A DNA stretch of 64,000 nucleotides from Patescibacteria group bacterium (GTDB taxonomy: Bacteria; Patescibacteriota; Minisyncoccia; Phycocordibacterales; Phycocordibacteraceae): the NCBI GenBank assembly GCA_038064695.1, contig JBBTSO010000001.1, positions 85,932 to 149,931 of the forward strand, written 5' to 3'. The position numbers and the translations under genes are program-made. A model generated the notes under the pieces. The model saw only the letters and a program-made list of their open reading frames with translations, ran no database searches and was not told where the DNA came from. Positions 35,363 through 44,485 of the stretch are shown here, piece by piece; the first letter of the stretch is position 1; each line of letters begins with the position of its first letter.

Positions 35363-35666
35363 GAAACTTTTCAAAAACAGCACCTTGACAAAGGTGCTGT
35401 TTTTTTGTTTCATATACTCTATGAGTAAATTCATTGAGTCTTTTGACACAAATCAATCAAGCTCTGTTGAGTGGAATGAAGTTCTTGGTCCCATTGTGGC
35501 CATTCTAGCTATAAGTATCCTTCCTTACCTGCTGAATCGGCTAATTTGGGGCAAGCACGTAAGTGTACCTCCAGGTCAGGATTTTTCACTAAAGTTTTGA
35601 CTCCCGTTGTTCCACATGCTAGTATTTAAAAAGGCCCGGGGAAGGGGCCTTTTTAAATACAAAAAT

Positions 35667-35855
35667 ATGAAATCATTCTTGGACTATCTTGCTGGCGTTC
35701 GCGCTGAACTCACTCACATAAAGTGGCCTACCACCGCGCAGGCGATGGGGTACACGGTGCTCGTTATCGTGGTGTCTCTTGTCGTTGCGGCACTCCTCGG
35801 GGTGTTTGATTTTGCGTTCACGCTCGGTATTGAAGAAATTATTAAAAACTTTTAA
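35667..35855 (+). CDS. secE: preprotein translocase subunit SecE
   Basis: [22 protein letters not shown] plus a single TM helix. Sits directly before nusG. Confidence 0.8.
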   Translation: MKSFLDYLAGVRAELTHIKWPTTAQAMGYTVLVIVVSLVVAALLGVFDFAFTLGIEEIIKNF

Positions 35856-35863
35856 TTTTTTCT

Positions 35864-36409
35864 ATGGCAAAACAAACACAACAGGGAGAGCGAGGATGGT
35901 ACGCGGTGCACACCTACTCAGGGTACGAAAACGCAGTACTGCGCAATTTGAAACAGCGCATTGAAAGCCTAGGTATGGGACACAAAATTTTTGATGTCGT
36001 GATTCCTTCGGAGAAAAAAATTAAAGTAACCGGCGGAAAGCGTCAAACGGTAGATGAAAAAATTTACCCAGGCTACATTCTCATTGACATGGTGGTTGAC
36101 GACGAAAGCTGGTTCGTTGTTCGTAACACTCCGCGCGTAACGGGCTTTGTGGGAGCAGGGACTACGCCGGTTCCACTCACCCAGGCAGAGCTGGACGTAC
36201 TGTTTAAACGTATGTCCACCGATACCGCAAAACACAAAATTGATTTCACTCCTGGCGAGGCGGTTGTGGTTATGGACGGTCCTTTTAAAGACCTGGAAGG
36301 GAGAATTGGCGAAATTGACGAGGAGAAAGGAAAAATTAAAGTCTTGGTTTCAATGTTCGGTCGCGAGACCCCCGTTGAACTGGACTTCTTGCAAGTCAGG
36401 AAAATATAA
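35864..36409 (+). CDS. nusG: transcription termination/antitermination factor NusG
   Basis: NGN domain [15 protein letters not shown] and a C-terminal KOW domain. Confidence 0.9.
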   Translation: MAKQTQQGERGWYAVHTYSGYENAVLRNLKQRIESLGMGHKIFDVVIPSEKKIKVTGGKRQTVDEKIYPGYILIDMVVDDESWFVVRNTPRVTGFVGAGTTPVPLTQAELDVLFKRMSTDTAKHKIDFTPGEAVVVMDGPFKDLEGRIGEIDEEKGKIKVLVSMFGRETPVELDFLQVRKI

Positions 36410-36428
36410 GTAGTATTGAATAACCTCT

Positions 36429-36857
36429 ATGGCAAAAAAGAAAATCACTAAGGTCATTAAGCTTCAGATCCCCGGCGGGGCAGCAACTCCTGCGCCACCT
36501 ATCGGTACCGTTCTTGGTCCTGCAGGCGTTAACATCGGTGAGTTTGTAAACCAGTTTAACCAGAAAACACAAGACAAGCGTGGCGACATCGTTCGTGTAG
36601 AATTGACCGTCTACGAAGACCGTACGTTTGATTTCATAATGAAACAGCCACCTGCGGCTCGCATTCTCTTGAAACTTCTTGGGAAAGATAAAGGATCAGG
36701 AAAAACTCCTGCGGTAAAAGCTGGCGTACTCACCAAAGCGCAACTTCGTGAGGCAGCAGAGAAAAAAATGTCAGACTTAAACACCGAAGATGTTGATCAA
36801 GCCATGAAAATTATGGCAGGCACCGCCCGAAGCATGGGGATTGACGTGAAAGAATAA
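36429..36857 (+). CDS. rplK: 50S ribosomal protein L11
   Basis: [29 protein letters not shown] is uL11. Confidence 0.9.
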   Translation: MAKKKITKVIKLQIPGGAATPAPPIGTVLGPAGVNIGEFVNQFNQKTQDKRGDIVRVELTVYEDRTFDFIMKQPPAARILLKLLGKDKGSGKTPAVKAGVLTKAQLREAAEKKMSDLNTEDVDQAMKIMAGTARSMGIDVKE

Positions 36858-36882
36858 AAACATCTGACACTATACAAACAAT

Positions 36883-37158
36883 ATGACGCAGGAAAATCCC
36901 GGTAAAAAAGATTCAAAAATAAAACCGTTTGTGCCGCACCCTGTTCTAGCACAACGTAAAAAAGAGGCAGATAGATTTATTGTTGCAACTATTAGAGAGG
37001 TGCTTAAGTCGGCTGGAGTTTTAGGGGCAATTTTTTTAGCACTTGATGTTACCGATTCAGCATATGCTGCAACCGATTGGTTTGACCTCTCTCCAGAGCC
37101 AGATTCAGTAGATGAGTTCTTGACCACGTACGAAGACTATCAAGTTTCCTCACGATAG
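36883..37158 (+). CDS. hypothetical small protein (occupies the usual rplA position)
   Basis: 91 aa. No uL1 similarity. Confidence 0.3.
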   Translation: MTQENPGKKDSKIKPFVPHPVLAQRKKEADRFIVATIREVLKSAGVLGAIFLALDVTDSAYAATDWFDLSPEPDSVDEFLTTYEDYQVSSR

Positions 37159-37198
37159 AAAAAGCGCCGTGGCGCTTTTGCCGGTTTAGGATGTACGT

Positions 37199-37945
37199 AT
37201 GCAATTTATCCCGTATAAAACGCGTGTCCTCACTCCGCCTAAAGACGACCTTTTTGAAGCTATTAAGAGTGCAAAACTCAATATCAAAGATGGGGACGTG
37301 ATCGTCGTTTCTTCAAAGGTGGTGAGTATTGGTGAGGGGAGGTGTCTTCCTTTCAAAAACCAAGCTCAAAAGGATCGCCTTGCCAAAGGTGAAGCTGACT
37401 ATTTTGTAGACATACGCCGTTCCTCTGTATGGAAATCGCTCTTTACGGTTACCGAAGGGGTGCTTATAGGGCGAGCGGGAATTGATGAAAGTAACGGCAA
37501 AGGTCACCTCATTCTGTATCCGAAAAACCCTATGAAAAGTGCGGATACTTTACGAAAATGGTTTCAAAAAACGTACTCAGTAAAAAAACTTGGAGTCATA
37601 ATTTCCGACTCGCGCAGCACCCCTTTGCGTCGTGGTGCTATCGGGTTTGCACTTGGGTGGGCAGGCATTGTGCCCTTAAAAGACTACCGAAAAACAAAAG
37701 ATTTATTTGGGCGCGCGTTTCAGGTTGAAATCGCGAACATCGCCGACGGACTCGCGGGAGGAGCGGTGGTAGCGATGGGGGAAGGGAATGAGCAAACGCC
37801 GATAGTTGTTATACGAAATGCGCCGGTGGTATTTACTGAAAAAAAACGACCACAAGAGCGAATAGTAAAAGTGAAATTAGAAAATGACCTTTTCAGTCCG
37901 TTTCTTTTAAAATTGAAGTGGAAGAAAGGAGGGGGAAGAGATTAA
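37199..37945 (+). CDS. coenzyme F420-0:gamma-glutamyl ligase (CofE)-like protein
   Basis: DGDVIVVSSKVVS.EGR and GIDESN motifs of the CofE/FbiB N-domain family. Confidence 0.55.
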   Translation: MQFIPYKTRVLTPPKDDLFEAIKSAKLNIKDGDVIVVSSKVVSIGEGRCLPFKNQAQKDRLAKGEADYFVDIRRSSVWKSLFTVTEGVLIGRAGIDESNGKGHLILYPKNPMKSADTLRKWFQKTYSVKKLGVIISDSRSTPLRRGAIGFALGWAGIVPLKDYRKTKDLFGRAFQVEIANIADGLAGGAVVAMGEGNEQTPIVVIRNAPVVFTEKKRPQERIVKVKLENDLFSPFLLKLKWKKGGGRD

Positions 37946-38439
37946 ACTTTTTCGTAGCGCGCCCACTGGTACACTACTCCGCCTTCTTCACGTGGTGCTT
38001 CACGACTTACTTCTCTAAAAAGATTTTCATACGCGGGGAAGAATGTGGTTGCGTTTGGTTCTTCGCCTTCAATGTGGGTAAGTTCAAGATGGGTGGCAAA
38101 GGGAAGTGCTTGCGTGTATATTTCTCCGCCGCCAATCACAAACACTTTGCTACTCCCTAATTCGTGAGCATAAGAGGATGCTTTTTCTAAGGAGTGGGCA
38201 ACCACCACGCCTTCGTGCGACCAGTTGGTGTCGCGGGTGACGACGATGTTGATGCGATTCGTGAGTGGTTTTCCGATTGAGTCAAACGTTTTCCTTCCCA
38301 TGATGATGGGGTACCCGGTGGTCAGCTCTTTAAAGTGCTTCAGGTCATCTTTGAGACGCCACGCAAGTTCGCTTCCTACTCCCAACTCTCGGTTTTTGCC
38401 AATCCCCGCAATGATAATTATTTCGTCTTTTTGTGCCAC
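37942..38439 (-). CDS. folA: dihydrofolate reductase
   Basis: IIIAGIGKNRELG...MGRKTFDSIG. Confidence 0.85.
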   Translation of the reverse strand: MAQKDEIIIIAGIGKNRELGVGSELAWRLKDDLKHFKELTTGYPIIMGRKTFDSIGKPLTNRINIVVTRDTNWSHEGVVVAHSLEKASSYAHELGSSKVFVIGGGEIYTQALPFATHLELTHIEGEEPNATTFFPAYENLFREVSREAPREEGGVVYQWARYEKV

Positions 38440-39116
38440 GGCTGTTTCTTTTTTATATCACGATCATTCCAGAGTTGGGGAAGCATCATTTCAGGTTTCC
38501 AACTTTTTTTCAACTTTGCGAGGTCGGTAGTTGTTTGGTATTTGCCGCTCGCGGTATAGTCGCGCGCGATAATGGGTCCTGTTTCGTAAAAAATAATTTG
38601 CGCGATGCGTCGCCCCACGACTAGCGGAATAATGTAGTGTTGAGAACTGTTCTGAATTTCCATCGTCCAGCGGTTGATATACCCCACGTCGCCCCACCCT
38701 GCGCACTTGCAGACGTTTATAAAATTTCTTCCTAAAGACGAGCGCGCCTTCATCATCGTCGTTACGGTGTCGCGTCCGCCAATAAATTCTTGCGTGTGGG
38801 CAAGAATAGTTTCCCCCGGTTCAAGCAGAATGACCTTATCGTCGGGGCGGATGCCATCGTGCACCAAACTCACGTTTTTAAACGATTCCTTGGCGCTCTT
38901 GGCTCGGTGCGGTTCAGCGCCCCACACTTTCTCCGTGTCGCTTTTGCTGTAGAGGTTAAAAACTTTTTTGTGATTTTCGGGTGGTTGTTCGCGGTAGTAC
39001 CATTCGCCAAGAGTTACGTCGTAGCTTGAAGTCGCGAGGTTTTCTTTCGCAAACGGTTCAATAACCACCGTTCCTTTTTTCTTTTCTTCTAGAATGCGTT
39101 TGTCAGAAAGTGCCAT
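38418..39116 (-). CDS. dCTP deaminase family protein
   Basis: N-terminal MALSDKRILEE...GTVVIEPF resembles dCTP deaminase / dUTPase-like beta-barrel. Larger than canonical Dcd. Confidence 0.5.
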   Translation of the reverse strand: MALSDKRILEEKKKGTVVIEPFAKENLATSSYDVTLGEWYYREQPPENHKKVFNLYSKSDTEKVWGAEPHRAKSAKESFKNVSLVHDGIRPDDKVILLEPGETILAHTQEFIGGRDTVTTMMKARSSLGRNFINVCKCAGWGDVGYINRWTMEIQNSSQHYIIPLVVGRRIAQIIFYETGPIIARDYTASGKYQTTTDLAKLKKSWKPEMMLPQLWNDRDIKKKQPWHKKTK

Positions 39117-39233
39117 GGAAGACAGTGTACAGCGGATAGTGTTCAGTGGATAGTTGAAAACAAAAAACTAGATATTTGTGGAGAGCCATACGTCGCTTGA
39201 CATTTCTTTTTTACCATAGTATAAAGGATTTCT

Positions 39234-39500
39234 ATGAATAAATTTTCTGCTGTGCCTTTGGGGGTACTGTCTTTATTCGCCGCTTATGTAAGCTTGGTCA
39301 GTGTCGATATGTGGGATGGTGAAATGAACTGGTTCACCTTACCTGACGATGTTAGCGCGGAAGAGCAGGCAGAATATGCAGATGGTGCGCGAGAATATGC
39401 CGGTGAATACTCTGCATTTAAAAAAGGAGTTATTACGAGTAGTTTTGCTGGACTCTCGGCGCTTTCTGGATTTACCTCTTATCGAATTGCCCGACGTTAA
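39234..39500 (+). CDS. hypothetical small secreted protein
   Basis: Signal-like N-terminus. No recognised domain. Confidence 0.3.
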   Translation: MNKFSAVPLGVLSLFAAYVSLVSVDMWDGEMNWFTLPDDVSAEEQAEYADGAREYAGEYSAFKKGVITSSFAGLSALSGFTSYRIARR

Positions 39501-39511
39501 ATTCTTGTATT

Positions 39512-39542
39512 AAAAAACGGGCGCAAAAAGCGCCCGTTTTTT
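39512..39542. terminator. bidirectional intrinsic terminator
   Basis: aaaaaacgggcgcaaaaagcgcccgtttttt, a symmetric hairpin with a U-run on both strands. Confidence 0.55.
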
Positions 39543-40374
39543 ACACCGCCATGTTGGCTTTGATGGGGGGGTGTGATTCGTACCCTTCAAGTTTGATGTC
39601 GTCCATTTTAAAGTCGTCTATATTTTTTATATCAGGGTTGAGCCAGAGTGCTGGCGGTTTTAAAGGGGTGCGTGACAGTTGTTCTTTGACCGCGTCAAAG
39701 TGGTTGTTGTAAATGTGCGCGTCTCCAAGTGAGTGGACAAGCTCTCCTGGCTTTAATCCCGTCACCTGCGCCACCATCTGCAAGAGAAGCGAGTATGAAG
39801 CAATATTGAATGGGACACCAAGAAACATGTCGCACGAGCGTTGGTGCATGAAGAGCGACAATTTGCCATCTGCTACAAAAAATTGGAAAAACATATGGCA
39901 GGGAGGTAACGCCATTTCAGAAAGTTCCCCTGGATTCCAGGCGGTGACAATCATACGTCGGTCGGCGGGGTTCGTTTTTATTTTTTGAATTACTTCCGCG
40001 ATTTGGTCGACGGTTGTACCATCTGGTTTCTTCCACGCTCTCCACTGCACGCCATAGATACGTCCTAGATCCGTTTCGTGTGCACGTTTCGGTTTCCAAT
40101 AATCTGCTTCAAGATTTGCAGTCCAAATTGTTTTCTCACTCCCGTTTAACTCGCGTAGTCGCGCGTCGTCGTTTGACCCTTCCAAAAACCACAACAATTC
40201 ACTCTTCACTGCCTTGAACGCGAGTTTTTTGGTGGTGACTGCGGGGAACCCTTCCGAGAGGTCAAAACGCATTTGCAATCCAAACAGTGCACGTGTTCCC
40301 ACTCCCGTTCGGTCTTTACGGTCTGACCCCTCGTTAAGAATCTTTTGGAGGAGTGAAAGGTACTGCGTTTCCAT
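39541..40374 (-). CDS. thyA: thymidylate synthase ThyA
   Basis: HMFFQFFVADGKLSLFMHQRSCDMFLGVPFNIASYSLL. Start set to MET at 40374 (METQYLSLLQ). Confidence 0.9.
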   Translation of the reverse strand: METQYLSLLQKILNEGSDRKDRTGVGTRALFGLQMRFDLSEGFPAVTTKKLAFKAVKSELLWFLEGSNDDARLRELNGSEKTIWTANLEADYWKPKRAHETDLGRIYGVQWRAWKKPDGTTVDQIAEVIQKIKTNPADRRMIVTAWNPGELSEMALPPCHMFFQFFVADGKLSLFMHQRSCDMFLGVPFNIASYSLLLQMVAQVTGLKPGELVHSLGDAHIYNNHFDAVKEQLSRTPLKPPALWLNPDIKNIDDFKMDDIKLEGYESHPPIKANMAV

Positions 40375-40395
40375 ATAAGGTATATTGTAGCAAGA

Positions 40396-41016
40396 ATGAA
40401 AAAAGGAGTTTTTATTGCTATTGAAGGGGGAGACGGGTCGGGAAAGTCCAGCGCGGTCCAATGGCTTAAACAAGAACTCGGAGAAGAAAAATTTTTATTC
40501 ACTCGCGAACCGGGGGGAATAGACTCTGCGGAGGAAATTCGTAACGTGTTGGTGAAGCATCGCGAACAAGACTTGGAAGTGTTGACGCAACTTTTTTTGT
40601 TTGAAGCGGGGCGCACGGAACATGTGACAAAAAAAATACGCCCCGCGTTGGAGTCAGGTATGCATGTTATTACGGATCGTTTTTCTGCTTCAAGCTACGC
40701 CTATCAAGTTGTTGCCGGAGGCGCGCCGCATCTTAAATCTTTTTTTGAGGACGCCGACCAACGCGCGCGCGGAGGGTTGCTCCCCGATCTCACTATTTTC
40801 CTTGACGTCGCTCCGGAGATAGGGATTGCGAGAAAAAGTTCTTCGGGGGACGAGCTGAACACTTTTGATACCAAAGAACTCGCGTTTTACACCAATGTGC
40901 GCAATGGGGTAAAGGAGTACCTCGCCGACAAACCGCACGTTACTATTAACGCAGAGCAATCGCAGGAAAACGTGCGTGGAGCAATCAAAAAAGAAATTTT
41001 AAAAATAACGACGTAA
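40396..41016 (+). CDS. tmk: thymidylate kinase
   Basis: P-loop FIAIEGGDGSGKSS. Confidence 0.85.
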   Translation: MKKGVFIAIEGGDGSGKSSAVQWLKQELGEEKFLFTREPGGIDSAEEIRNVLVKHREQDLEVLTQLFLFEAGRTEHVTKKIRPALESGMHVITDRFSASSYAYQVVAGGAPHLKSFFEDADQRARGGLLPDLTIFLDVAPEIGIARKSSSGDELNTFDTKELAFYTNVRNGVKEYLADKPHVTINAEQSQENVRGAIKKEILKITT

Positions 41017-41025
41017 TAAAAATAT

Positions 41026-42270
41026 ATGCACGACGAAGCAGTATTCAATGCCATCGCGGGAGAAGAGAAACGCCAAAGGGAAGGACTGGAGTTAATCCCT
41101 TCTGAAAATTACGTGTCACGCGCGGTGCGTGAAGCTTTGGGAAGCGTGATGACCAACAAGTATTCAGAAGGATACCCGGGCGCTCGCTACTACGGAGGTC
41201 AAACGTACACTGATGTTGTTGAAGACCTTGCTCGTGAGCGCGCTAAACAACTTTTCAACTGTCAGTTTGTGAATGTGCAGCCGCTCTCGGGTGCCCCAGC
41301 AAACTTAGAACTCTACGCGGCACTTTTGAACCCCGGCGACACGGTTTTAGGAATGGACCTCTCCCACGGTGGGCACTTGACCCACGGCCACCCCGTCACG
41401 CTTCCCGCAAAAATTTACAATTTCGTTCGATACAAAATGAAAAACCCTGACACGGGTGAAATTGACTACGACGAAATGCGCGAGGTGGCGAAGCGTGAAA
41501 AACCAAAAATTGTGCTTGCGGGTTTTTCCGCGTACTCTCGCGAACTAGACTACGATGCCTTTGTTTCTATCGCGCGTGAAGTGGGGGCGTTCGCCGTGTT
41601 TGATATCGCGCACATTGCAGGGTTGATTGCGGGGAAGGCGATCAGAAATCCGTTTGACGCAGGATTTGATGTGATGACCACCACCACGCACAAAACGCTC
41701 CGTGGTCCGCGGGGCGGGATGATTTTGACTCGCGAGGATGCTGACATTGCAAAGAAAATTGATAAGTCTGTTTTTCCTGGGCTTCAGGGAGGCCCCCACA
41801 TGAACGTCATTGCCGCAAAGGCCGTTGCGTTTGGCGAGGCGCTCACGCCAGCGTTTGGAACGTACGCCATGCAAATTTTGAAAAACGCGAAAGCGATGGA
41901 GGTCGTGTTTGCCAAAGAAAAAGTGCGTATGTTGGGAGGAGGAACGTCTAATCACCTCATTTTGGCGGACGTGTTCGGTAGCTTGGGTGTCACGGGCGCT
42001 GAAGCGGAAAAAGTATTGGATGAGGTAGGCATTACGCTCAACAAAAACTCCATCGCTGACGATACGCGGAAACCAATGGACCCTTCAGGTATTCGCTTTG
42101 GCACCCCTGCTGTTACCACGCGCAATTTTAAAGAGGCAGAGTGTACGCGTGTTGCCGAGCTTATGATCCACACCCTCAAACATAAGGATGAAGAGAAGGT
42201 AAAACTAGACGTACGCGCGGAAATCAAGGCACTCGCCGAAAAATTTCCGATTCCCGAGTCGTTTGTCTAA
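41026..42270 (+). CDS. glyA: serine hydroxymethyltransferase
   Basis: LIPSENYVS and TTTHKTLRGPRGG (PLP-lysine region). Confidence 0.95.
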   Translation: MHDEAVFNAIAGEEKRQREGLELIPSENYVSRAVREALGSVMTNKYSEGYPGARYYGGQTYTDVVEDLARERAKQLFNCQFVNVQPLSGAPANLELYAALLNPGDTVLGMDLSHGGHLTHGHPVTLPAKIYNFVRYKMKNPDTGEIDYDEMREVAKREKPKIVLAGFSAYSRELDYDAFVSIAREVGAFAVFDIAHIAGLIAGKAIRNPFDAGFDVMTTTTHKTLRGPRGGMILTREDADIAKKIDKSVFPGLQGGPHMNVIAAKAVAFGEALTPAFGTYAMQILKNAKAMEVVFAKEKVRMLGGGTSNHLILADVFGSLGVTGAEAEKVLDEVGITLNKNSIADDTRKPMDPSGIRFGTPAVTTRNFKEAECTRVAELMIHTLKHKDEEKVKLDVRAEIKALAEKFPIPESFV

Positions 42271-42280
42271 AAGTTTTCAA

Positions 42281-42302
42281 CAGGCCGAAAGGCCTGTTTT
42301 TT
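42281..42302 (+). terminator. intrinsic terminator after glyA
   Basis: caggccgaaaggcctg followed by tttttt. Confidence 0.6.
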
Positions 42303-42359
42303 ATATACAAAACCTGTGCACACCGTACTATATGCGTATAACAATAAATACGAAAAGAA

Positions 42360-42761
42360 ATGACACAGGCTGTTGCACTAAAAAGTGCATTAGAAGTTGA
42401 GTACGATACGCAAAAATGTTGGGGGGTTGTTGCTTCCGTCAACGTGTATGGGTGCCATAGCGAGTACATCAAAACTCCAGAGAAAATAAAACAGTATGTA
42501 ACCGAACTGTGTGAAAAAATTGGGATGATAAAGCACGGTCCCACGCTGGTTGAGCGTTTTGCGGAAGGAGCATTGGAGGGGTATTCAGGGTTTCAGTTCA
42601 TTGAAACGTCATCCATTACGCTCCACTTCGACGAAACAGAAAACCGCGCGTTCATTGATATATTCAGCTGTAAATACTTTGACCCGGAACTTGCTAAAAA
42701 GTTCAGTTTAGAGTTTTTTGAAGGAACATCTGCCTCTGTAGTACACTTACTCAGGAGCTAG
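42360..42761 (+). CDS. speH: S-adenosylmethionine decarboxylase proenzyme (SpeH-type)
   Basis: GFQFIETSSITLHFDETENRAFIDIFSCKYFDP parallels the SpeH self-processing region (ESH.T.H..PE......D..TCG..DP). Confidence 0.6.
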   Translation: MTQAVALKSALEVEYDTQKCWGVVASVNVYGCHSEYIKTPEKIKQYVTELCEKIGMIKHGPTLVERFAEGALEGYSGFQFIETSSITLHFDETENRAFIDIFSCKYFDPELAKKFSLEFFEGTSASVVHLLRS

Positions 42762-44438
42762 ATGGAGGAACTTTTAAAGAACAAAATTAAAGAGGCACTA
42801 CAGGCGCTCGGGATTGAGGATGTCCTACCGGCGTTGGAATTTCCTGCGGAACTATCACATGGGGATTTTTCCACCAACGTGGCGTTGGTGGCTGCAAAAA
42901 ACGCGAAGCTCTCTCCAAAAGCGCTCGCCGAAAGAATTGTTGACGAGCTTGGTACTATAGACGGTGTTGAGAAAATTGAGGTCGCGGGCCCCGGATTCAT
43001 CAACTTCATCCTTCCCCGTGCATATTTTTCAAATACGATTTTAGGGATAGATGAGATGTGGGGGGAAAATAGTGTCCACTACGGGAAAAAGATTGTTGTT
43101 GAACACTCAAGTCCGAATTTGTTTAAGCCTTTTCACATCGGACACGTAATGAATAATGCTATCGGTGAATCGATGGTGCGTCTCATGCGGTTTTCCGGGG
43201 CAGAAGTTGCCGCTATTTCGTACCCTTCCGATGTCTCGCTCGGAATTGGCAAAGCAGTCTGGGTCATCCTCAATGATGGGGGAGTAGATAAACTTAGATC
43301 AATTGGTGGCTCTGTGGAGACACTCGCGTATCTGGGTGATTGCTATGTTCAGGGCACAAAACTGTATGAAGAAAACGCAGAAGTTGCACAAGCAATGAAG
43401 CAAATAACTTCTGACCTTTACGAAAAAAAGAAAGGTGAGGCGTACCGTGTATATGAAGAAGCAAAAGAAATTAACCTCGCTTATTTCAAAACAATAACAA
43501 GTCGTCTCGGGTCAACGTTCGATGATTTTATTTTTGAAAGTGAGGCGGGCATTGAGGGAACCGAAATCGTTCGAGCCAATACACCGGCGGTGTTTAGTGA
43601 GTCGCAGGGAGCATTCATATATGAAGGAGAAAAAGACAACTTACACACACGCGTTTTTATAAACAAGGAAGGGTATCCTACCTACGAAGCTAAAGATGTC
43701 GGTCTACTTTCGCTTAAATTTAAAAAATATAATCCCGCCCTTTCGATATTTGTCACTGACCACGAGCAAGAGCAATATTTTAAGGTGGTGATAGCGGCGG
43801 CAGGAAAAATAAAATCTGAGTGGAAAGATAAAACAGTACATGTAACTCATGGCCGAATGACCTTTAAGGGTAAAAAAATGTCTTCACGGCTCGGAGGTGT
43901 TCCCATCGCTCAAACGCTTGTCGATTCTCTATTTTCAGAAGTTGCTGAACGCGCTGAAAGACTCGATGCGGAAAAAGATTGGTCGAGTATTAACGCGATT
44001 GGTGTCGCGTCTCTCAAATATAGTATTTTGCGTGCTGGGTGTGGAAAAAATATTGATTTTGATCCGGAACAGTCGCTCTCATTTGAAGGGGACTCAGGTC
44101 CGTATTTGCAGTATTCATATGTGCGCGCAAAGAGTGTTTTGGAGAAGGCGAATAGTCAGCATCCAACAGTCAGTAGTCAGCCTGAAGTGTTATCTCAACT
44201 TGAACGTTTACTCCCACGTTTTCCACACGTAGTTCTACGCGCGCAGCGCGAATTTGAACCTCATTTCGTTACGACATACCTCACTGAACTTGCGAGCGCG
44301 TTTAACAGCTGGTACGCGAACGAAAAAATTATAGGAGGCGAGCACGAAGCCTACAAGCTCGCGCTTACGCGAGCGTTTGCTCAAACGATGAAAAATGGCC
44401 TCTGGCTCCTCGGTATTGCCGCACCGGAAAAAATGTAA
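42762..44438 (+). CDS. argS: arginyl-tRNA synthetase
   Basis: N-terminal HGDFSTNVALVAAK, HIGH-like PFHIGHV and a C-terminal DALR anticodon-binding region. Confidence 0.85.
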   Translation: MEELLKNKIKEALQALGIEDVLPALEFPAELSHGDFSTNVALVAAKNAKLSPKALAERIVDELGTIDGVEKIEVAGPGFINFILPRAYFSNTILGIDEMWGENSVHYGKKIVVEHSSPNLFKPFHIGHVMNNAIGESMVRLMRFSGAEVAAISYPSDVSLGIGKAVWVILNDGGVDKLRSIGGSVETLAYLGDCYVQGTKLYEENAEVAQAMKQITSDLYEKKKGEAYRVYEEAKEINLAYFKTITSRLGSTFDDFIFESEAGIEGTEIVRANTPAVFSESQGAFIYEGEKDNLHTRVFINKEGYPTYEAKDVGLLSLKFKKYNPALSIFVTDHEQEQYFKVVIAAAGKIKSEWKDKTVHVTHGRMTFKGKKMSSRLGGVPIAQTLVDSLFSEVAERAERLDAEKDWSSINAIGVASLKYSILRAGCGKNIDFDPEQSLSFEGDSGPYLQYSYVRAKSVLEKANSQHPTVSSQPEVLSQLERLLPRFPHVVLRAQREFEPHFVTTYLTELASAFNSWYANEKIIGGEHEAYKLALTRAFAQTMKNGLWLLGIAAPEKM

Positions 44439-44485
44439 TAAAAGCCTTCTATCTTCTAAAAACCCCTCCGTGATACTATAGAAAA

